Both the position numbers and the translations under genes were made by a program. Under the pieces are notes generated by a model. The model saw nothing but the letters and a program-made list of their open reading frames with translations, made no database searches and was not told the origin of the DNA. Shown in pieces: positions 1 to 12,004 of a stretch of DNA of 64,000 nt. Every line of letters begins with the position of its first letter. Positions within the stretch are counted from its first letter, which is position 1. Source of the DNA: Sphagnum compactum (lineage: Eukaryota); assembly GCA_965153455.1 (NCBI GenBank), contig OZ234493.1:16854213-16918212 (forward strand), written 5' to 3'.

Positions 1-170
1 CATCAAGTGAGAGGAGCCTCAAAAAAAATTGACATCCATTTATCAACACTTAGGACTGATGTAAACTAGGACCTTGCTGTGTAGGATGTAGGGGGAACAG
101 AAACAGAAAGAAAATTTGTGGAAATGTGACCAGATCTGAATGTATGTAGGTATATATGTAGAGAGTGTAC

Positions 171-1407
171 CATCAAGGTGTTCGCGAAGATTTCCATTGG
201 GGACATACTCCATTACTAGTATATGCTCATGCTCTGCTTCCAAGTAGCCTATTAGCTTCACTAGATTCAGGTGGTCCACCTGTGAGAGCATGTCCAATTC
301 GGTCTTGAACTCAACTGACAGCCTTTTCTCAAACAGATCCTGTCCATGTTACCAAGACCAGTTTGTTAGCTCTTAAACTAGTGGCAGTTCCCTGAATTTT
401 TAGAACTCATTCATCCCTTCTTCATGAGATGTGTTCTTCTTTATTCTTCTTTAGAACACACTCAACAATGCAACATTGCAGTTCCAACTTCCAACAGTAG
501 ATAAAAAACAATGCATCTCCTTAAAACCAACTGTGCACTGACTAGTTGAGCTAAACATCTACTCTATAACTTGAGCAGAAACAAATGGAGAGCCTACTGG
601 CTGACAGAGGAGTATGCTGGAAAAGGCTTTCTCAGAGCCTCATACTACCTTAGTCTTTGAGGTTGTTTCACCTTGTTCCCAAAGTCTAGAAGTATTATAG
701 TTGGGGTGGAGGAGGAAATTTGTGGTTGAGGCCACCTAGACCCAAAACCTTCAATCACTTTGGGAAAATTTCCAGGTGTCCTACTCGGTGCACTACTGTG
801 AGGACCAAGACACTTTAAGCATGAGGAAAAAGTTGGGTCATTTCATGGGTGGGATGGGGTTCTTAGTGAAGCAAGAGTTAAAATCTTCCCTACACATCAA
901 CTTTCCATCAATGTTCAATTCTGCTTTGTTTTACCATGCATATCTCCTTCACTCTTTCTTTCCTTTCTAGCCCAATGTAACCACCAGTCCTCACAAATTT
1001 TTAGAATCAAAACATGAGTTACTTTTTTGCATTTACACTCCCAAATATTATGTATCTGCTTCAAACTCCTCCTTCTGGTGAAAGCTCTCTTTTTTTTTTT
1101 TGGCCTACGAGGAATACTTGAAGGTGCTGCATAATATGGATTAACACAAAGTAGTGTACCTTTTTGGCTCGTTTGATTGCAACAGTCCTACCATCCCTGA
1201 GCTTGCATCGATATACCAACCCAAACCCTCCTTGCCCAATTTTGTTTGACTGAGAAAAATCACCTGTCCCTTTGCTTAGCTCAGCCATCGTGAAAACACT
1301 TGCTCCAGTGGTCTTTTCTTGTAAACTGCTTTTGTACGGATAAGCTTCAGACGCATGTGAACTTGTTGACACAGACCCCAGGCCATGATCTGATACTTCA
1401 GAATGCC
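171..1407 (-). CDS. Calmodulin-binding receptor-like cytoplasmic kinase (CRCK-like RLCK), partial; exons 1407-1160 and 339-171, continues beyond the left edge
   Basis: Exons are bounded by canonical AG/GT. They translate to ...FTMAELSKGTGDFSQSNKIGQGGFGLVYRCKLRDGRTVAIKRAKK|DLFEKRLSVEFKTELDMLSQVDHLNLVKLIGYLEAEHEHILVMEYVPNGNLREHLDG (kinase subdomains I-V). VAIKRAKK and VPNGNLREHLDG are typical of CRCKs. Confidence 0.85.
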
Positions 1408-3293
1408 CTGCAAAAGAAAAAACAGAACTCATAAAAGCTAAAAATCATTCTATAAAATTTTCATCTAAAGCAGGCAATCAAGCAAATTTTGTGTTTTCAC
1501 CTATTGCCTCTTCTTCATCAATAGCACCTGTGTGAATCCTATTGTCATGATGTGGAGTGCGTATCTTGAAGGCTTTCGTGCTTACCTGGTACATCTGTGG
1601 TATGAGTATGCTGGCATGGGCATACCAATACACATCCCATCAGTATTGAAGTACCTCCAATATGTCACACCAATAATCCCTTTTGCCCTCTAAGTTACCA
1701 AAAACCAAAGCTGTGCACACTTCTGCCAGCATGAATGTACTTGCAGAAGTTACTCCAGATCAGAACACATTGTCAAGACTGCTTCCAGTTCAATTCATGA
1801 CTTGAAACCCACATTTGTTTCTCCTTGAGCTTACACCTGCGAAGAAGAATTTAGGTCAGTCCACTTATCAGCCTTCTAAATCAGTGAGTGCATGTAGATG
1901 CATTCTCATGTTGGTAGGCAACCTCTACATCACAGAATGTAGCAAAGGATTTAGGGTTCCCTGACCAAACTGAGGATTGCATGAACTTTGCAGCATATAC
2001 TCCAGAACTCAATTAGCAATCCAGTGCAAGGTTGAATACCTCAAAACCTGAGGAGCTCTGGAAGGACATCTGAATTAGGGTCTCCTTGTCTTCTTTTTTT
2101 CACTCACAGTCTCTATGAACACTCTGCTCTATTCTTCTTCTGTCCGTTGCCGGTAAGGATCCTAATAATAGGCCATCATCCCCTTAAGAATGATCTCTGC
2201 GTTTTGGAATCGGCACTGGAAATGAAGAGTTCATGTTGGCCGCATGCGATGTTAGCTCCAAACTACGCTGTAGTTGTGTCTTACATTCCTATGTCCTGAG
2301 CTGCAATTGGCGAAGCAGCCATCATCTGAGCTCTCATGATACCGGAATATTGCACAGCTCATAGTAGCAAATCTAATTGAAAAAACGAATGGCGCGCATG
2401 ACCACATTGGTAGCAGGCGAGAGGGATGGATGGATTGATCAATACCGATATGCAAGCAACACATATGTCCAAAACCAGTGCTATTACAAAAGAAAAACAA
2501 AGGAAAAGTTCTCCTCTCCAATACTACCTCCCCCACCCCCGCCCCCCGGCATGTCACGCGTCTCTCTCTCGATTCAAAAGCAAAATCTAGATTCTAGACC
2601 AAAGCCTCCACTAGTTCAAGCAGGTTAGAAAACATCGGCTTCTCCAGCAGGTATGCTTGTGTCACACGCACCAAAGCCAAGATCCTCAATACAAACGAAA
2701 TCCATCTTTTTACACCAAAAAACGAAAGAAAAGAAGCTGTCGGTATACATCTCCACAGACCAAATCCACGATCTGCCACATTTTCTCTACTCGAACGCAA
2801 CCAAGAAAAAAGCAGAAGAAAAAAAACTCCAGCCAGCCAGCCAGCCAGCCAAGGGATTCCTTCGTATCTCAAGACAACGAAATCCATCTTCCACCAAAAG
2901 AAGAAAGAAATTAAGAAACTTTCGGAAATTTCTTCATGTGCAGACTAAATTCACAAGCTGCCAATTCTCTAGTCGAACCGTGAAAATGCAACCAAAATTT
3001 TTTTTAAAAAAAAAAACTGCAGTCAGCGAACTAAGCACTTCCTTCGTACCGTTCTCATGACACACAAACACTTGAAACACCAGCCATCATCGCTTTGCAC
3101 AATCCCGCATACAAAGCTCTGCTCCATTCACAAAACTGAATCTTCTGTCAACTGCAATGGCCAGCGCCAGAAAAAATCCATTTCGAAATTTTATTTTTTT
3201 TGGCGAATTCGTGTCGAGAATGAGTCGCTGCTCCAGCAACCCAAATCTGCAATCGATTGTTCGAAATTCCCAAAAAAATTGACAAGAATTTGG

Positions 3294-3387
3294 TGCCAAA
3301 TTCATGCAGAGAGTGAAGAAGAAGAAGAAGACGCCAGACTTGCCAAATTCATGCAGAGAGTGAAGCAGAAGAAGAAGACGCCAGACT
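3294..3387. repeat. 47-bp tandem duplication
   Basis: tgccaaattcatgcagagagtgaag(a/c)agaagaagaagacgccagact occurs twice in tandem, upstream of the kinase. Confidence 0.9.
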
Positions 3388-6300
3388 TCGCAACTAGTGC
3401 TGCAGCAAACAGAACGCTAAATCTGCGGACTTTTCTGGTTTCAGTACAGTGCTGTGATGGCGAGCCCACTTGCCCATTACTTGTAACCTTACCATTACCA
3501 AGGGTCACAAAGGGACCCGGTCTATGGGGCTGGGGCCATCCATCATCATCATCATTATTTGGGGGTCAGACTTGGGGGAGGGAATGTGGGCATTTGAACA
3601 ATTCCTATGCAACCAAGAAAAAAGAAAATTAAGCTCCCGCCCCCCCCCTACCCCCCTCCCAAGTGAGAATCAGTGAATATTTTTCAACAAATTTTGTTGT
3701 TGTTTTTTTTTTTTTTTTTGTTGGAATTCTTTTGGGTTGTTTCTTCCCCAAAGAAATGCCAATTGGGTGTGTACAGTGCTATAAGTCGATTAATGATTTG
3801 GTATAAGTTGATGGATTGTTTTGGCTTGTGTGTGAACCATGGTAAAATCCAGTGTTGTGCAGTCACTTGAATTTGCAAAGAACTGTCAGTTTCCAGTTTT
3901 TACATATTTCAGAATCAGAAAACTACAAGTTTGGTTCTTTAAAAAAATCAAAATTAGAGAATCGTCCATATAAATTCTTTCAAATACTTTGAAGAACCTG
4001 TTTTCATGAAAGAAATCATAAAAAAATAGTTATGTACTTTGTCCTTGTTTTCCAATACATCCTAATTAGCCTAGCCTTCTTCATGGCAAATGGTGTGGGG
4101 GCCAGCTTTGTGCTTCTGATTGGTTGTGATTGGCCTTCTAACCGGATTTAAGTTCCTTACCATCTTGATGCATGCAGTTAATATAGGGTTGATATTAACT
4201 AAGGTTCGATATGGTTGAATTTCGTTTCATATTGTTACATTTGGTCGTAGGCTTCCAATTGTGTTTGTAAGTTCTACGTGTTTTCAAGTTTTTGTTATAA
4301 TATTTGTTGAATTGAGTAGGTAAGGAGGTCACACTCCACAAGATTATTTTCCAATCGCGTGCTTACTTTATAGTTCAGACAAGCATTGCAATTTGAGGAT
4401 CTAATAAGAACCATGTGAAGTACGGTTGCACTTGATTTACTAAAATTAGACTTAAACTTGGCTTCAACCAAGTCTAGTTTAAAGACCTAAGCTTGTGTTT
4501 TCTAATGACCTGATTGGGAGGAAGGCCTAGGAAGAAGGTAAGTCGTATCTTGTGACATAAGAAAACCACATCCAAATGCAACAAGATCAGGTGGGGCCAA
4601 AACAGATTTTGACAACACATGTGTTTGAGGAACCTGTCTGGACATTCACTAAAAGGAAACACATCCCAAAAGAAATGTGGAAAAGAACGAATTAAAAGAA
4701 TGTTATATAACATGGTCAATTACCAAGGTAGACTCACTGGTTTGCACTTTGACTTGTGTTCACCCCTTTCATTCCTAATGCAAGTAAGGATCATGAAACA
4801 AATCACGGTCAAATTTTTAAATCAAGTGGCCAACCAAAAAACCCAATGCTACAATGATATAGCACCTAGGGGAGATCCTTACTGAAAACATAGGAATTGG
4901 AAGCAAACTAGATTTAAAAACTATTGTTGGTTTTTAAAGTTTTTCCCAAAGCTCAAAAATGTTTTCATCATTCATGTCCATAAATGTCGCCTAACATGGT
5001 GGACGTGTCCCCGAATATCACCTAGCATGATGCTAGTGCACTACCTACAATAGCCAACTCTAGTGATCACAAAAAATAAATGTGGGTACCTAATGGTCAA
5101 ACATGGGAGGAAGATTTGCTTAACAATGTTGAATTTCTATTATAATAGTCACAAATTGTCCACTTTCAAAACAGGCAATAGTCTAAGGTGAAAAAACACA
5201 CTCAATAATGTTCCATTTGGCAAGGTCTGCGTCTGTTTTCTTTGGCTCTATATTTAATGTATTTAGAGAAGGCACCTCAAGGGTGCATTCAGTCTCCCAC
5301 TCACTGAGGCAGGTTTTAAATTGTTGCAACTTGCTACCCCAGAGCCCACCTACAAAAGCAATATTGTAAAACAATTCCACCAGAACCTACTGAGATTGTG
5401 GTTCTGTGTGGTAGTAGCCCCGGGTCAAAGAATCATACCTATTCCATAAATTTAAGCCACAAATTACATACCTTATCAAAGCTCTCAAAAGTGAAAGTAC
5501 TGTTTTCTTCAGTGTAGAACTGGATGTTAGATTATTGGATAATTGCCCTCAAAGCTTGAGAGTTGAAGGATTTTTAAATTACATCTTTTGTGGTCATGAA
5601 TTAGGACTAGAACTAGACCCCCCCCCCCCCCCCCCCCATTGATGGACAATAAGATTTCAATTTTAAAGAGAGCTTCCAAGTTCCAAGTTCCAACCCTGTA
5701 ACTCCTTGCAAAATATTCTCCAATAGCTTAACAAATGATGTTGTAATAATGTTGCAATCACTTGTTCGTTATAGCATCTTGTCACCTTTAGAGCTATTCC
5801 AATGTCTACTAACTAGCTCTACCAATATCCATTACATAACTTGTTGATGATTAGGTTCTCCTTAACCCATGTACAAGACTTCAATTAAAAATAACAAAGT
5901 GCACAAGTAAGCAAGACACAAAACACCTTCCAATAGCTCAATTTTTGTGCCTTGTGTGGTTCTGCATAAAATTGTGCTGCACAATTTCGCTTCTTCCCCA
6001 TGTCCCCAAAAAAATTAATTAATTTCATTTTTTATTTTTTTTGTTATCTCACACATCAATTTTGAATTAGTATCACAAAAGAAAATGACAGTACCAACCA
6101 TCAACATAATTTTCACCATTAAATAGGAGCAGTCATAATTTTTATTTGACATAAAAAGAAGGTCAAAGTAGTAAAAAATATTCTTCACATCCAAGTTTAT
6201 TGGGCCCAGGACTATCGCATTCGATCCAACTTTTGGAAGTTTTACCTTATTAAAACTGGTGTCACATTTGGTGAAAGTGTTTAGACTGTATAAATTGGAA

Positions 6301-7139
6301 CAAATGTTTTTTTTGGTGTTCAAAGTGTGGACACAGTAGGTAGATGTACAACATCTTATTTATTGGCAGGACCAGCATGTTTGCGACGCCTTGTTTATTT
6401 ACTTTTTTGCTCTCTCACGCATGAAACTCGGACAATGAATTCCTGGAGGACTACTAAGAGCAAACCACCTGGACCAATCATTATGCGTCAATCAGAAACG
6501 CTGACCCGCAGTCAGCTCATATTTATTATTCCCTTTTCAGCGCCTTTTACTAGCCACCGCAACCTGCACAATTATGATGAGCCAAACCATTTTCATCACC
6601 CAAGACGGTATAGATATTTTGACGTTTCTTCATCCAATTTTACTGTGCAAATCACATACTAAGCACCTCTGGAGATGCTCTTACACATTGAACTACTAAC
6701 TTAGCTCACTCAAAATAACTGAGAAAACAAATTCAAATCACCAAATCTAGCATTCTCATTGGCTTGAAAAAAGAAAATCTTCAGACCTACCCACAACCCT
6801 ATCATATGCAACATTGAAAATAATGATCCCCTTTTATCATTTCCATTGGTCCTTTCCAAGTCTCAAAAACTTACCAAACCTTATTACACATTTAATTGTC
6901 AGTTCACTCAAGATAACTAAAAAAGTTTCAGACCACCAAATTTAGCAATTAAAACATTTTTTCTTTATACCTACACATAAGCTTATTCAACACCCTCCAT
7001 AGATTAGTACACTAATACTATGACCAGTGTCTGCTGTATGCAGACGGGGTAAAAAATCAAGGCAATCTGTTCTTCAAAGGCTGGAATGTTTTTAGTTTTG
7101 TGCATCTTATGTATGTTTCTCTGAAACAAGGATTCTGTG

Positions 7140-7197
7140 TCTCCCAGTCTCTGGGTCCCCTATCAGTCTCTCCCAGTCTCTGGGTCCCCTATCAGTC
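7140..7197. repeat. 29-bp tandem duplication specific to copy A
   Basis: tctcccagtctctgggtcccctatcagtc occurs twice here but once at about 30505 in copy B. Confidence 0.85.
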
Positions 7198-9499
7198 ATC
7201 GTCCTCTTGTATGACCAATTTTAACCCTTAAATGGCATAAACCCTAAACCCTAAATAGTCCAACCTTTGATTTTCAAAGGATCCCACTTTGAAAGAAGAA
7301 CCAGCCCTTACAAACCTCCAGAAAAGCCAATGCAAATGTTGGATTTTGGAAAATCCAACTTGGTAGAGTTGTATCTGACTTCAAGTGGGATTTTTCTGTT
7401 AAGAGAAGAAATGTACAACAGATGACTAAAAGATGAATGTGTCGGCCTGAGACTGGGATTCTTGCTGGAGTGGGACACAAAAAAGAGAAGGGGACTTGGT
7501 TGAGATTATGGAAAATCCCCATTGTTTGGGGTGGGGGAAGGGTGGGCCCCTTGTGACAAAGACGTCACAATTGTCAGTCATATGCCATACCTACCAAAAC
7601 CCCCTCCCAAGAATGGGCAGTTCCTACAACAATGTTCTACAACTTTTTTTAATGTGTCTAAGGCTCAAGCCTGATTAATGTAGGGTTGTTTTCATCAATT
7701 TTGGGTTGTTCTTAAAATGATCATTTTGTGTTGATGCCAAAAAAATCATGCATAGAGTTTTGCACACAAAGAGGTTCACATAAAAAATTTCACACAATGA
7801 AAAGAAAGAAAACCTTGCACATAAAGAGCTCACATATTATGTCTTTGCACATAGAAAACATACAAATAAAATGATTATGCTTTCATGATTCTCATCATTG
7901 AACCTTAAAATTGAGACAACATGAGATGAAGAAAATGAAATGAAACATCAATCAACTACCCATGGCCATGACTTGAAATGGACATTTGCAACCGCCACAA
8001 ACAAGACAAAAGAACTCCAAAATTCAAAGAACCAATGCTAGTGAGACAAAATATTGACAAGGAATTTTTTTTGTTAAATCTCCTCACCTAATCCACCCTT
8101 GTGTCATGGCATTGAATTTAAAGTTGATTTTTGCATAGGACATACATAAACATTGGAATTAAAGAATTGGACACATGTTGGAACCAAAATTGGAAACTAG
8201 AATTGTCATCTTGAAATTGGTTGATGATGGCAAATATGTGTCAACATTGTTCACTACAAAGAACAAATTCATGCCAACAACCAGGTGACACCACAATTTT
8301 GTGAGTTCCTCTTATTGACACAATTGCAATTACTCTCATGATTCTACCAAACTTAAAGCAATCTTACATATGGTGAAGATTGTTAAAGCTAACTAGTCCT
8401 CAAAAATCTTTGCCTTCTTCAAAGTCATTACCACCATGTTCATGATCACTTTCACTTGCATGTGCTCAACCTAATCCTTCAACACCTTTGTCTTCTAATC
8501 TTCCTTGCAACTTTATCACCTTGCAAGTGCTTTTCACCACCATCACTCAAGGATTCCACAATATGGAATCCACAATTTCTCATTCATCAAATTCCTCCAT
8601 TATATTAGTCACTAGATCTTGCACCTTATGGGAAGGCTTTTCTTTGAATCAATTCTTACATCAACCAATTTGGGCATGTTTTTCAAAAGTGACCAACAAT
8701 GAATGTATGTAAAAGAAGCTTTGGGTGCTTGAGCTTTTAGAAGTCCAAGGCTTTTTATAAAACATCCTCCAAAAATGTTTCAGACTCTTTCAAAATAAGC
8801 ATGGAACCACAACATGCAATGAATTTTCTATGTCAAATGCTTAATAATAATACCTCATTTTGTCTCGAGACTTCATGCAAGACAATCTCCATAAACTTGT
8901 TGCTTGTACTTCACAAAATGTACCTAAAATTGAATTGAATTGTACTTGCATTAATATCCACTCACACACCTACTCCAATTTGTTTCAATATTCCAACACA
9001 TGGAGCTAAAATTTTCACAAACATATTCAATACAAATCAAACATTCATCGTAGTCTAAACTATGAACATTGTTATAATAGCATACAACTAATAATTTCTA
9101 CCTTGCTGACTACACGTGGTTTGGCAAAACATGGTCAACATATTGTTGATTCAAAATCACATTGCATTATTAAAATCTAATATGTTTCATTTCACATACA
9201 ATTAGATCACCATATCTATTATTATGTGTCATGAACCCATCATATTAAGCATGTGTCATTAATGTCATTCAAATTAAATTGCTAGAATTAGCATAAACAA
9301 TACTTACACATTAAATGAGAACTACAATAAATTGCAATGAAAGGACCTTGGAATAAATATTTAAAAACTCTAGGTACCTACTACCCATAACAACCTCAGT
9401 CCACAAATTTTCCCACAAATTACAATCCCATAACAAATTTACTCCCAAAAGCATCTCATCAAAATATATTCAGTTTAAGTATGTATTCAAGCATGCTTT

Positions 9500-9690
9500 A
9501 TACTCCACCAATGACATTGAAATTGCAAGGGACTATTCATTGATGAAGATCCAAGGAGATGTGATATGAAAGGACAAATGAGAGAGTCAAAATTGGGAGA
9601 TTTGATTATGAGATTTGATTATCCCATGTCTAGCGTTCAAATACCAAAAGGCATTGCTACAAAACACTCTTCTTCCCTACCAAGCATACT
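9500..9690 (+). pseudogene. Degenerate type II DnaJ/Hsp40 C-terminal fragment (second copy about 32850-33030)
   Basis: TNDIEIARDYSL..KIQG....ESKLGDLIMRFDI(P)..KHQKALL resembles the DnaJ_C end motif GDLII.FDI.FP..L...QK.LL. It is frameshifted and short. Confidence 0.35.
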
Positions 9691-10519
9691 CTAGTGAGTG
9701 TACTAGGAGTTGGTACTTTAGCTCCTATTATTTAGCTAATTTGGAATTGTCATTAAGCTAATTCAATCATTATAGAAGACCCAATCCACCCATAGTTCAT
9801 GTTGATCACAATTTTTTCCAAAAGTCATGACATGTTTGACTATCCTCTACCTCTATAGAGTAGATATGCATAAGTTGGCATAATTTTTGAATTCATGTAA
9901 CCAAGGAAATGCAAGACTAAACCAACAAAAGTCATCCTTATTCAATTTCAATTCTGTGAATAATTATGGTCTTTGCAACTTGCATACCAATCTTGAATTG
10001 GAGAATTCAACATAAACTCCCAAAAAAATATCAGACTCAATTTATTTGGGGGAGTTAATCCATAACTCTGCAAGTAAATTTTAGCTTGAGCAATGGCAAC
10101 AGATTGCAGTGCTGATGTTGCTGTAAGCTTCTTTCCTTTCATTTCTTTATTCTGAGAATTAGATTCTTGTCGGTGATTAAAGAGAGTAGTAGGCTAGGTG
10201 GAAACCCAAAGAAACATGATATCAAAGAAGAAGGGAATGAATCAATTTCAAGAAAGTCCCAATTATCAATACACAGACTAACCTCAATAATGGTTTCATT
10301 TGTTAATGAGACTACTTGAAATTCTCATATGGTGCTCACCAATTGATTGCATAGCATCTGGGTCCTATTATGGGTTCACAATACAAATGGTAGTAATGTT
10401 TTGTATCCTCTAGAGAAAAATAATCATGAAATTTGTGTCAATCTCTGAGGTCGTTACACTTGTTCCATGTACATGACATGCCCATAATGAAAGTAGACAA
10501 CTCTTCAATAATGAAGTAT

Positions 10520-11060
10520 GAAATATTTTACAATCCTAGGTAACACCAAAAGAGACTAAGTATTGTATAAATGAGGATTTTATGGAAAATTTCAAAATTA
10601 ATTTGAGTTGATGATTTTGGTTAGGGAAACAATTCCACTATCCTAAGAAACACCAAGATAGACTAGGTCTTGATCCTTGTGTGTGAGGGGCTAGTTTTTG
10701 AACTTTTTGGAAACTTCAAAAATATTTTGAGCTGATAATCTTGGTTAGGGAAACAATTTAACAAATACCAAAAGAGACTAGGTGTTGTATCCTTTTTTCT
10801 GAGGGTGTTCTTTTGAAAATCTCAAAAATATTTTGAGGTGATGATTTTGGTTAGGGAAACAATTTCATAGTCTTAGGAAACACAAAAAGAGGCTAGGTCT
10901 TGTATCCTTGTTTCTGAGGGTTTTTTGGAGATTCAAATATTTTGAGCTGACAATTTGGTTAGGATAACATTTCACAACCCCTTAAATACCAAAAGAGACT
11001 AGAGGGCTATTTTGGAAACTTCAAAAGTCTTTTGTCTTGATGATTTTGGCTTGGGAATTG
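10520..11060. repeat. Degenerate ~92-124-bp minisatellite upstream of the SAXO-like gene
   Basis: The anchor gattttggttagggaaacaatt recurs at about 10619, 10743, 10849, 10956 and 11048. The caccaaaagagactaggt motif recurs with it. Confidence 0.85.
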
Positions 11061-11095
11061 GATTATAAGGAGCTTAGGTCTCCCCCCATCAAATT

Positions 11096-12004
11096 TTGTG
11101 GGTGAAGGGTGGGTTGGGTTTGGTGTTTTTATCTTGGAGTCTAAAAACAATTAAGAGTTTTGAAACATGGCAGGCAGCAAAACCATGCATATGTACAACA
11201 TGCTCTTGTGGGAAACACAAATGTGTGGAGACAACGTTGACAACAAAATACCAGAGCCTCGACATAAAAGAAACAGACAAGAAATTCCAAGGACCATCTG
11301 AATACATTGCTGAGTACGTCCCTAAACAATCCAATGCAGATCGGATCACAAAAGATGGGATTTCCCTTCTTGGTTGTGTTCCGACTGGGGCACAATACAA
11401 CAAACCTACACATACTGAATATTCAGGTTCATATAATGAAAAGCCCATATACCCAGCAAAGGCTAAAAAGGAGGCCAATTTGGACCCATATTCTTGCACT
11501 TTTAAAGGAAGAACAACATATGATGATTCATACTTGAGCTGGCCTGCAAACCCTAGATCTGGGTTTAAGCCACCTGGGTTTCATTCAAACCCAATGGCTT
11601 TGGAAGGCAAAACATCCTACACACATGATTACTGGGATAAATCAAGGCCTGTCCAACCATGGAGAAAATCCGAACATTGGCCACATACCTATTCTCTTTG
11701 TGAAACCCACCATCCTCATAAGTTGGAATCCATGCCTTCAAAGCCTCTAGACACGGCATCTCGAATAATACCATATAGCAAATTTGCTGAGAATACAACA
11801 TATTCTGATCATTATAGGAAGTGGAGAGTCCAAGATAGTGTAAGGAATGTGAAAGAGGTTAGATGGGGACCAAAAGTGGAGAAATTTGTAGGCCACACAA
11901 CCTACACACAAGATTACCGTAAGCGTTCAGTAGGGGGAAAATGCGATGTTTTGATGCGTCCTAAGCCAACAGTTTTGGTAAATGGCCACCAATGTTACCC
12001 ATGA
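11096..12004 (+). CDS. SAXO/FAM154-like (STOP/Mn-motif) stabilizer of axonemal microtubules; the true 5' end is probably spliced in at the CAG near 11173
   Basis: N-terminal CICTTCSCGKHKC matches the SAXO CICxxCxCGxHxC motif. Mn-like motifs recur (FQGPSEYIAEY, FKGRTTYDDSY, LEGKTSYTHDY, FAENTTYSDHY, FVGHTTYTQDY). The 302-codon frame is uninterrupted, but there is no in-frame ATG before the Cys motif. Confidence 0.8.
   Translation: MWVKGGLGLVFLSWSLKTIKSFETWQAAKPCICTTCSCGKHKCVETTLTTKYQSLDIKETDKKFQGPSEYIAEYVPKQSNADRITKDGISLLGCVPTGAQYNKPTHTEYSGSYNEKPIYPAKAKKEANLDPYSCTFKGRTTYDDSYLSWPANPRSGFKPPGFHSNPMALEGKTSYTHDYWDKSRPVQPWRKSEHWPHTYSLCETHHPHKLESMPSKPLDTASRIIPYSKFAENTTYSDHYRKWRVQDSVRNVKEVRWGPKVEKFVGHTTYTQDYRKRSVGGKCDVLMRPKPTVLVNGHQCYP

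Noticed and set aside
2252-3878. Cluster of overlapping ORFs
   Set aside because: Low-complexity promoter/5'UTR sequence of the kinase gene (microsatellites, A/T runs) with no recognisable domains.
7238-7255. aaaccctaaaccctaaa telomere-like motifs (also ~30577, 46090, 49090, 50130, 53098)
   Set aside because: Only 2-3 units each. These are common interstitial telo-box-like motifs, not a telomere or integration signature.
10520-11060. Regularly spaced repeats superficially like a CRISPR array
   Set aside because: Whole units are homologous, with no unique spacers. The context is eukaryotic and there are no cas genes.
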